Shown: one piece after another, positions 28,752 to 36,760 of the stretch | How the letters are laid out: the number at the start of each line of letters is the position of its first letter | Position numbering within the stretch: the stretch's first letter is position 1 | Assembly (NCBI GenBank): GCA_023213215.1 | Contig: CP096136.1 | Span: 3,322,724-3,386,723 of the forward strand | Reading direction: 5' to 3' | DNA length: 64,000 nt | Origin: Flavobacterium sp. JAD_PAG50586_2 | GTDB lineage: Bacteria; Bacteroidota; Bacteroidia; Flavobacteriales; Flavobacteriaceae | The notes under the pieces: generated by a model | Told to the model about the DNA's origin: nothing | Databases searched by the model: none | Seen by the model: the letters and a program-made list of their open reading frames with translations, nothing else | Program-made: the position numbers and the translations under genes

Positions 28752-29555
28752 TTATTTGAATTCCATTTGCGTTCTTATTTCATTTTGAGGCTCTTTATTT
28801 TGAAATGTTGAAAAACTAAATTGGGATTTATATTCTCTATTCTTATTTCTTGCTGCAATAATTGAAATTTTATCTTTTATTGCAGTTACATATATTTTGT
28901 CATATTCTTTAAATGACACCTTTTTGTATTTGAAACGTTTACTGAAATTGTCAGCTAAGTTTAAACTTTTTTCTTTGTAAGGGTAGTTTATTTTTTTTAT
29001 TTCCCATTTGTAAACTTTTTCGGTGTCCTCTATAGATAGTATTAAACCTGGTAATCCGCTAAATTTCCATGGACCAATCGATACAGGTATTTCCAGCGTA
29101 TACCATGCAATATATGTTCGTCCCCTAAAAGTTGTTTGAGCTTTTTTACAATTCATATTATTGAATTTTTTATCCCCCTTTAAAAAAAGCCATTTCATTT
29201 TTGGTATATTTTCATAAACTGAATATGATTTTTTTAAAATAATTTCTTCAAACAGATTTTCCGTTAGTTCGTTGGATAAAGTATTAATGAAAATCTCATT
29301 TGTAAATTTAACCTTCTTATTATCTACAATAATTTCATCATCACTTGAATCATCTGTTTTAAAAATTTTTTCAGTGTTGATAAACTTAGATGTGTAAAAA
29401 CTAAATTCATTCTGAATTGATAAAATGCCATCATAATTATTTACAATAGTTGGTCTATATTTGATAGATTCAAAATATTGTACTTGAATGGCGGGTTTGT
29501 CTTTTTGCTGAGCAAATAAATTACTAACTACTAATATTATATATAAATATCTCAT
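28752..29555 (-). CDS. GLPGLI family protein
   Basis: CKKAQTTFRGRTYIAWYTLEIPVSIGPWKFSGLPGLIL signature. Confidence 0.93.
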   Translation of the reverse strand: MRYLYIILVVSNLFAQQKDKPAIQVQYFESIKYRPTIVNNYDGILSIQNEFSFYTSKFINTEKIFKTDDSSDDEIIVDNKKVKFTNEIFINTLSNELTENLFEEIILKKSYSVYENIPKMKWLFLKGDKKFNNMNCKKAQTTFRGRTYIAWYTLEIPVSIGPWKFSGLPGLILSIEDTEKVYKWEIKKINYPYKEKSLNLADNFSKRFKYKKVSFKEYDKIYVTAIKDKISIIAARNKNREYKSQFSFSTFQNKEPQNEIRTQMEFK

Positions 29556-29574
29556 AAAATAAAGTTTAAAAAAT

Positions 29575-29601
29575 AGAAGCGAAGTGTATTGCTTCGCTTC
29601 T
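29575..29601 (-). terminator. Intra-operon hairpin between the peptide gene and GLPGLI
   Basis: agaagcgaag/cttcgcttct perfect 10-bp stem followed by a U-rich stretch on the minus strand. Confidence 0.7.
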
Positions 29602-29612
29602 TGAATAATTAT

Positions 29613-29834
29613 TTAACCCCAAATGTTAAATTCTGCTATTGCAAGCGCTTTAGCTTCTTTACTTCCACAGCTTACATTAGCAGGGACATAAATATCCCAT
29701 GTGCCTAAATATTGACCCCTAGAATTATACATTCTGTATACACAGTGGTTAGATGAAGCTTGAAGCAAAGTTGTGAAAGAAGATGTAGAAATAAATATTA
29801 CTGACATCAACAAAATTGTTTTAATTGTTTTCAT
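29613..29834 (-). CDS. Small secreted peptide (73 aa, two Cys)
   Basis: MKTIKTILLMSVIFISTSS signal-like N-terminus; mature part HCVYRMY...VSCGS...FNIWG. Confidence 0.7.
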   Translation of the reverse strand: MKTIKTILLMSVIFISTSSFTTLLQASSNHCVYRMYNSRGQYLGTWDIYVPANVSCGSKEAKALAIAEFNIWG

Positions 29835-29940
29835 TTATAACTTTTTTCGCTTAAATCTTTGCAAGAGCTTCTGGCTCGTTAAGGCAGTCAAAGATTTTCT
29901 GCGGTTTCTCTCCAATATGGAATTTCTGCCCGTGAACTAA
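29835..29940 (-). promoter_or_regulatory. Structured 5' leader candidate
   Basis: GC-richer patch in AT-rich DNA; aaatctttg(29853-29861)/caaagattt(29889-29897) perfect stem enclosing a gagc-cagaa-gctc hairpin. Confidence 0.45.
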
Positions 29941-30220
29941 TAAGTTCACATAAAAACCACATTGTTTTTTAAATATTCGCGACTATTCTCAAAACAATAT
30001 AATTTTAATTTTTACATAAAATCGTAAGAATATGTCGCTAAAATAGTAGATATAACTTTAAAATAAAAGTAAATAGTTATTATTTTTAAAGTAATTTAAT
30101 GTTTACCAAATAAAGTCGTTAAAGAGGAATAAAAATCGTTAAACGGCACTTTTGTAAGAAATGAGAGATTTATAGTCGTGTTGCTCGAAGGTATCACATA
30201 ACTTATAAATACCAGTAATA

Positions 30221-30330
30221 AACCCCGCTTACTTACAAGCCTATTTTTTCCATCCGCTAAAACTTTGTGGTATTTGTTGCGATGTGTGTAAAACGAAAAT
30301 AAGGATTAATTTAATAAGCATTAGCTTTTT
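30221..30330. repeat. ~110-bp direct repeat, copy A
   Basis: aacc.cgc.tacttacaagc-N17-taaaactttgtggtatttgtt.cgatgtg..aaaacgaa..taag.at.aa.ttaa, shared with 34954-35062. Confidence 0.9.
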
Positions 30331-30369
30331 AGGATTTATTTCAACGGTATTGAGATATAAGCCAATATT

Positions 30370-30710
30370 TTACTTCCCGGATTATGTTGAAAACAATACC
30401 CATTAGCAATGCTCGTCATATGCTTGCACCGCGTACCTTTCTTTGTAGTTCCTTTGCATTGCACCGTTTCCTTCTGACCTTGTGCCGTATTGGAAGATTT
30501 AAAACCCAACGCTTTATAATCTTGTGGCCTGCATATCTTGCAGGGATCTAATCCAAGTTCCGCAGCTCTTTCAAACGATATTTCCTCAGACACATTCTTA
30601 ACCATCCTGCAACTGCCCAGATGGTACTTAGCTCCCGAAGGTGTTTTGTATATCTTTTGCGCGGAGGCGGTTAGGGAGAAGAGGAGGATTAGTATTAGGT
30701 GTTTGTGCAT
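30370..30710 (-). CDS. Secreted Cys-rich putative metal-binding protein (Ada-like YH..C...PC..C plus C-terminal CKGTTKKGTRC...YCFQH ribbon, DUF5763-like)
   Basis: Signal peptide; the Cys/His motifs; the remnant at 23860 indicates a true end NPGK* at 30370 (one G missing). As written, the ORF ends at 30336. Confidence 0.8.
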
Positions 30711-30733
30711 GGGTTATGGTTTGTTTGTTGCGA

Positions 30734-30762
30734 AACCACGCGAAGGGATTCGCGCGGGAACG
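30734..30762. repeat. 29-bp hairpin repeat, copy 2
   Basis: aaccacgcgaagggattcgcgcgggaacg; 27/29 identical to 23983-24011. Confidence 0.85.
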
Positions 30763-30848
30763 AGGATAGGAGGAGGATAAGGATTAGGTGTCTATACATA
30801 TTTTATGATTTATGACCTCACTAAAGTATTTGTGCGGTAGCAGGTGAA

Positions 30849-32741
30849 TTATATAACTTCAATCTCACCTTCATTAAACCAGCCAAAATCTAGTAATTTT
30901 TTTTAACATTGTTGTATTATCTGTATAAGCAACTATAGCTAAACTTTCTTTAGCTCTACTACAAGCAACATAGAAGAGTCTTGATGTACGATCTATTCCG
31001 GTTTCTTTGCCATCAATTATATTTTTATTATCGGTTTGAGTTAATGATTTTATTCCAAATAACTTATCGTAGCTGAACATAAATCCTTTTGCTTCAACAT
31101 CATCTATAACAACCATTACCCTATCATATTCTAGCCCTTTTACTCCTTGATGCGTGCCAAATCCTGAGTTCTCGGATATATAGTTATTGTATTCTATTAT
31201 TTCATTAAAATCTGCATTTAATGCAATATCCCAAGCATGTAATAACTCATCGTCTTCCTCTTCTTCCTGTTCAGTTTCAATGTGAGAGATAGAAGAACGT
31301 TCTATAGCTAACTTTAAGTCATTAGGTAACTTGAATAAATTTGAATTATTTATATTGTTTATTATTTCTAATAATATTGGCGATTTATTGTCATCCCAAA
31401 GTTTTAGAAGTTCTTCAACATTAGCTTTAGCGGTTTTTAATATACTTATTTTATCACTCTCATTTTTGATATTTTCATTATTAAAAAGAGGTGATTGTTT
31501 TTTAATAATGTTTGCTATTTCAAAACTATTATTGTTTTTATGCGCTAATAATAATGGTAAAATTATTTTAATGAAAAAGTTAACTGATGAAGAACTACCA
31601 TCTAACAAACCAGTTTTCATTTTATCGACAGAATATAATGGATTAAAAAAGACGAAAACCCCATCCTGACAGCTGCCATATGATGCTCAAGAGTAAGAGT
31701 CTTTACAGGAATGTCCCTTTTGTCCTTTGGTAAACCTACGTCTGTCCATTTGTTATCTTTCGTAATTAATGACATTTTCTGTTTAATTGATTCCTCAGTA
31801 GACAATTTGTCCAATCCTCTCTGAACAATAAAAAATCTAACAACACCACCTGAATTTTCAATTCTTGGAATTTGCTTTTGGTGATCTATATCTTCTCTGA
31901 TTTTATTAATTAGTTCAATAATTCTAGATTTTGAACGATGATTCATTTGTTTTGCAGGCATTAACCAATCTTGTGGTAAATCATCTCCTAATTTTTCTTT
32001 GCCGTCACTATAAATTCGTTGCATGGTATCCCCAAATAAACCTAACGAGAATTGTTCTGTCTTAAGTGACTGCAAATAAAATAAGGCTTCTATTAATTCT
32101 TTTTTGGTATCTTGACTTTCATCAATTAAGATTATGGGATATTTATTAATTAATATATCCTCGAATAGTTTTTTTGAAGTAATAAAGTGAGATGCAATCG
32201 AAACTACTTCTGTATGGTTTAATGAATCTTTAGTTAAATTATCACCATTGGGATTATAGATAAATCTAGAAATTTTATCTAGTGACTGGAGCCTTTTAGT
32301 TTTAGATTCAATTTTCTTTCTGTTACTAATAGCTGTTTTATTATTAATATCTCTACTTTTTGATAGTTGTACATTTAATTCCGCTATAGATTCATTTAAA
32401 TCTACAACTAACCAATTTTTTATATCCGTAGTGAAATTTTGAATTAATTCCCAACAAAAACTATGGATGGTACTAATCTTAAAAATAGGATTATAAGCTA
32501 GTCTATGATTAATTTCATCTGCTGCAGCATTCGTATAAGTTATTATTGCAATCTTTTTATTTTTTAACTTAAAGTCCTTTCCAAAGTTTTCATTAAACTT
32601 GTCTAATACATTGACTAATGTACGTGTCTTACCAGAACCAGCACCGGCAAAAAGAAAAAAACTTTTAGGATTTAATGGATTAATGCAATTATAAATCTCA
32701 ACATCAACATTTTTATCTATATTATTATCGTAAGTATTCAT
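30849..32741 (-). CDS. gajB: UvrD/SF1A helicase-like protein, Gabija GajB-like; frameshifts at ~31650 and ~30900
   Basis: FAGAGSGKT, ILIDESQDT, GDTMQRIY, NHRS, THQGVKGLEYD, RLFYVACSRAK; starts 2 bp after the OLD nuclease stop. Confidence 0.8.
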
Positions 32742-32742
32742 C

Positions 32743-34903
32743 TCATAAAGGTTTATTAATATTGATATCTCTATTTGATCTTAATTGTTCCTCGACCCAA
32801 ATCAATCCCTCTTCGATATACTTAGGAGTATTTAAATTTTCAGGATTTTCAAAATACAAAACATCTAATGCAAATTCTGCTTTTTTGCACCTTCCGCATT
32901 AATTGCATCATAAGCTTTTAAGGCAACATTTGCAATATCAGTTTCATTAGCAGACTCAACCATTTTTTTTAGTAAACCAGATGATTTAGGTATAGATTTA
33001 AACATTTCAATATTTTCTATGATGAGTGCATCTTCGAAAGTGTATGGATAAATCTTTTTGTCATTTATACTTATTTCATTCTGAAATGCAACTCTAATAG
33101 GAGTGTAGGAAAGCACTTTATCTTTATATTCTAATTCTAACAATTTATCAATCTCATTAAGTTTAGGATTCCATTTTTTTAATGTATCATTATTAGTTTC
33201 TAAATTTTTCCCTTTTTGTGGTTGACATTTTTTGTTTGATGCTTTTGAAGGATCCTCAGAATCAATGTCTGTTATAATCAAAGTAATTAGTCCCAACTTT
33301 TCAATCAATGGTTTTAAACGATGAGCATGACTCCCTCCAATTTCAAGAATGGTAATGTAACAACTATCAAGTATTTGGTGTTTATTTTTTATAAAATGTG
33401 GTATAAGCATTCTCTCTGCGGGTCCTTCAACTAATATTGCTGCATCTGCAAAAAACAAATCATTATGAGTTGTATTGAGATATCTAATAACAAATTTTTC
33501 GGTTTCTTTCTCTTCAGATATTAAACTATTAAAAACTGATTTTAAACTAAGAACTTCTGATGTTGGTATTACGAGTGTATTTTTTCTTTTAAAATATCTT
33601 AAACTCTCAAATTTTTGATGTGCTATATAACTTGAGTGAGTACTTATAACTAATTGAGTTGTAAAATTACTCTTAGTATGTAAATCAGGATGTTTTCTTA
33701 AAACATTATAGGCTTTTTTAATAAAAACTTGTTGTACTTGAGCATGTAAATGTGCTTCAGGTTCTTCAATTAAAACTAAATGTAATGGTTCAATAATATC
33801 ACTGTCTTCAGTTGTTGCTTTACCTTTACGCATCCACTCATCCCTATATCGCATTAATTTGAAAATTATTGATATTAAGTTTTGATACCCTAATCCATTA
33901 TATTTCTCTGGCAGAGATAATCCATTATCAATTTCATATCTTACTGCAGATTCGTGTTCTAATCCATCAGAGGCTTTAATCAGTGATGATAAAGTTATTT
34001 GAGGATTACCAAAACCAGGATAATTCAAATCTTCTAATTCTTTTAAAGAATCTTTAAATCTAGATTTTAGATTACCATTAAACACCAATTGTGCATCATT
34101 CAATTTTTCTAAGGCGTCTAAGTCATTTTCTGTTGGGTCTATGGAAGGGTTAAGATGTTTGTCATAGTATGTACGCAACTGAGATGATAGATTTCTAGAA
34201 TTTTGTGATTCTGGATTTTCTGAATTAGCATCACTAAATCCTCTTTGAGCATTTATTGTGTCTATTTTAATTAATCCATTAAGTGGATTTCCTTCTAGGG
34301 CAATATTACTTTCGGTTAATTCTTGATCTTCATCAGCCCTACTAGGATCTAGAATATAGGTTTGTATTTCAAATAAAGAATTTAATTTTTTTCACAGAAT
34401 TGCCAAAAATCTTTAGGCCATAATTCAACATTTTTACCAGAATCACTATTTAACTTATTTACTTTACCTCTACTTACAATATAATCTTCGATTAATGCTT
34501 CTAAATTTTTAGGTTGAAAAATTAATCTAATTCCTAGTAGACCACCTTCCCAATCTAAATTAGGAATTAAATGACTTACGTACCTTAACTCTGAAGTGTC
34601 CACATTTAGCCATAAATCTAATGATGGTAAATATGGCTCTAGTAATTTTATACTTTTATCACCTTCTGATAAATCAGATTTTGTAATCCAACTTTCGGCG
34701 ATTTTATTTAACACAGTCCAATTAGATATTGTAAAATCTTGGGTTTTAAATTCCTTTCTTTTTAAAAAAGTTATTAAAGCATCCATTGCTGTGGTTTTTC
34801 CACTATTATTAGCTCCGACAAATATTGTTTCTTTTTCAGAAAATTCAATTTTACATGAATTTAGTTTTCTAAAATTTTTAATTTTAATAAAGTCAATTTT
34901 CAT
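32743..34903 (-). CDS. gajA: OLD-family ATP-dependent endonuclease (ABC ATPase + TOPRIM), Gabija GajA-like; frameshifts at ~34390 and ~32884
   Basis: IKNFRKL, FVGANNSGKTT (Walker A), NGLGYQN signature, LIEEPEAHLH (Walker B), STHSS, LFFADAAILVEGPAE and ITDID (TOPRIM), TFED, KAEFA after correction. Confidence 0.85.
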
Positions 34904-34953
34904 AATTGGTTTTTTATATTTAATGGTACTTCTAGTCACTCACAACCAGACAC

Positions 34954-35062
34954 AACCGCGCCTACTTACAAGCATAATTAATTATTCCAATAAAACTTTG
35001 TGGTATTTGTTTCGATGTGGGAAAACGAATGTAAGAATAAAATTAACATCCGTTCACTTTTT
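34954..35062. repeat. ~110-bp direct repeat, copy B
   Basis: Aligns colinearly with 30221-30330 (18/20 in the first block, an identical 21-mer taaaactttgtggtatttgtt, same 17-nt spacer). Confidence 0.9.
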
Positions 35063-35078
35063 GCGACTTATTTTTATC

Positions 35079-35133
35079 AGCGTTGCAACTTTATGCGTTG
35101 CAAAAAAATTGCCACACTAAAAGTTGCAACGCT
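35079..35133. promoter_or_regulatory. Operator-like inverted repeat upstream of the XRE gene
   Basis: agcgttgcaacttt (35079-35092) and aaagttgcaacgct (35120-35133) are perfect reverse complements, each containing the palindrome GTTGCAAC; a third partial site gcgttgcaa lies between them. Confidence 0.65.
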
Positions 35134-35159
35134 GGCATAAATATTGTGAAGCAAAAAGT

Positions 35160-35687
35160 ATGAGAGCCGAAAAAAATATCAGTAAGCTGTTAGGCATCAG
35201 TCAGGAAAGCTTAGCCATGATGCTTAAGGTAACGCGTGGACAGTTATCGATGTATGAATGTGGATTGCGCCCAATACCAACGCAAGCCATGAAGCAACTG
35301 GCGGAGATGATTGTATTGTTTTATGACAAAAATACGATTACAACGGCTAAGTCCCTGCAGGAGGAGAATACAGAGCTGCACGCAAAAGCAATCAAACGGC
35401 AACTGGAAGATAATCTTCTCGAACAGTATCCGCTTCGTAAAATCATAGCAAAGGCAGAGACTAAATACCACTCCAGGATCAGCACACTGAATTTCCTGCA
35501 AAAGCTAAGCCTCAAACAGTGGAAAAACGAATCAGGCGAACCCACGCTTCCGGAATTGTTGGCAGGGCAGACCGCCAGGAAACTCCAAAAGGAAAACTGG
35601 ACGCAGTTAAGGCAATACCAGATTAAGCTGGAAGTGCTGAAGGCGGAGGAGAGGCTATTGCGGGAGGAGTTGGGTGAGCCTGAGTAA
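35160..35687 (+). CDS. XRE/Cro-like helix-turn-helix protein with coiled-coil C-terminus
   Basis: LLGISQESLAMMLKVTRGQLSMYECGLRPIP HTH; ATG at 35160. Confidence 0.82.
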   Translation: MRAEKNISKLLGISQESLAMMLKVTRGQLSMYECGLRPIPTQAMKQLAEMIVLFYDKNTITTAKSLQEENTELHAKAIKRQLEDNLLEQYPLRKIIAKAETKYHSRISTLNFLQKLSLKQWKNESGEPTLPELLAGQTARKLQKENWTQLRQYQIKLEVLKAEERLLREELGEPE

Positions 35688-35729
35688 ATAGCACGGAGAA
35701 AAATTCTACCCGTCATTAAGCCCTCCTTA

Positions 35730-36416
35730 TTACTCCTTTACCACTTTTTTAAGTACTGTTTTGCCTTCTGCCTGTATTTTTACCAGGTAAATTCCAGAGG
35801 CCAAATCGGAAACTATAATGGCATTAAATCCGGAACTGGCCGTTTTTACGGTCTGTCCCAGTGAATTTATGATTTCAACCTTATCGATTGCATTGTTTCC
35901 CGAATCGACACTGAGTTGTGACGTGACAGGATTTGGATAGATAACGGTGCGGTTGAGATCGAAATCGGGTGAACCAAGCGCAGTGTTCCCAAATACAAAA
36001 TTCGTAAAGATGGGGGTTTCAATGTGCAGCCTCATGTTACCGCCCTGCCCGGTTATAGTGTATTGTCCTCCGGACTGCAGCATCGAAAAAAATGCACCTT
36101 CCATATCCATCTGGCTTTGGGAACTGCAAAGCAGGAGTGTAGCCGAAAAATTTTCAAATAGCACCAAGTCGTTATAAGGCGAAGTGTAGCTTCCGGTAAA
36201 AAAATTACACGCACCCTGGCCGTTAAAATCTAATGCCTCAGTAAACGTAACATGCGGAGATACAGCCGGAGTGACTGCCGAAACAGGGTAGTGGATATTG
36301 TCATCGGTAGAATAGTATTCGTATAAATACCACGTCCGGAATAACTCGGGATTCGGTGCCTGGCAAAAACAGTGTATACTGAAAATTAGCGCGGCTAGTG
36401 TAAAGAGTTGTTTCAT
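35730..36416 (-). CDS. T9SS cargo with META-like domain and type A C-terminal sorting domain
   Basis: Signal peptide; GQGACNFFTGSY...SATLLLC META-like motif; IYPNPV...LASGIYLVKI..KKVVKE. Confidence 0.82.
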   Translation of the reverse strand: MKQLFTLAALIFSIHCFCQAPNPELFRTWYLYEYYSTDDNIHYPVSAVTPAVSPHVTFTEALDFNGQGACNFFTGSYTSPYNDLVLFENFSATLLLCSSQSQMDMEGAFFSMLQSGGQYTITGQGGNMRLHIETPIFTNFVFGNTALGSPDFDLNRTVIYPNPVTSQLSVDSGNNAIDKVEIINSLGQTVKTASSGFNAIIVSDLASGIYLVKIQAEGKTVLKKVVKE

Positions 36417-36563
36417 TTCCTGCTGATTTATATTGTTGTTTGACGGTAATGCTCGGGATAAGCCTTACGAAAGATAGCAATTTTCTGATTCCCGGTTCAG
36501 CAATTACTGCAAAAACTTTTTCAGCTGTTGTTCCGTGATTAGGTAGTATTGCGTGAGATTATA

Positions 36564-36605
36564 CCCGATAGCGCATTCTATGGATGAGCTGTACCAAAGC
36601 CCACC
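36564..36605. repeat. Intergenic repeat (empty form)
   Basis: cccgatagcgcattctatg + gatgagctgtaccaaagcccacc; both halves recur at 47966-47984 and 48062-48084. Confidence 0.75.
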
Positions 36606-36732
36606 TTAAGCCGGCGTTTGTGACAGTTTTTAACGTTAACCGCAAAAAGCAAAGTTATTGCCGGAATTTTAAATCTCCCTTAGCACTACCACAAAAACCT
36701 GCCTTAGAACTTGTTACTGATTTATAATTGCC

Positions 36733-36740
36733 TATTTTTG
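36733..36740 (+). promoter_or_regulatory. Bacteroidota -7 promoter element
   Basis: TATTTTTG, 20 bp upstream of ATG 36761. Confidence 0.55.
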
Positions 36741-36760
36741 CCCATCTTAAACAGGATACC

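Noticed and set aside
30849-34903. Calling gajA/gajB true pseudogenes
   Set aside because: All four breaks are single-base losses in homopolymer runs, the same pattern as in essential lptD; catalytic motifs are intact.
30221-35062. IS element or prophage explaining the island
   Set aside because: No transposase, integrase or phage structural ORF is recognisable; the repeats are direct and ~110 bp, not terminal inverted repeats with target duplication.
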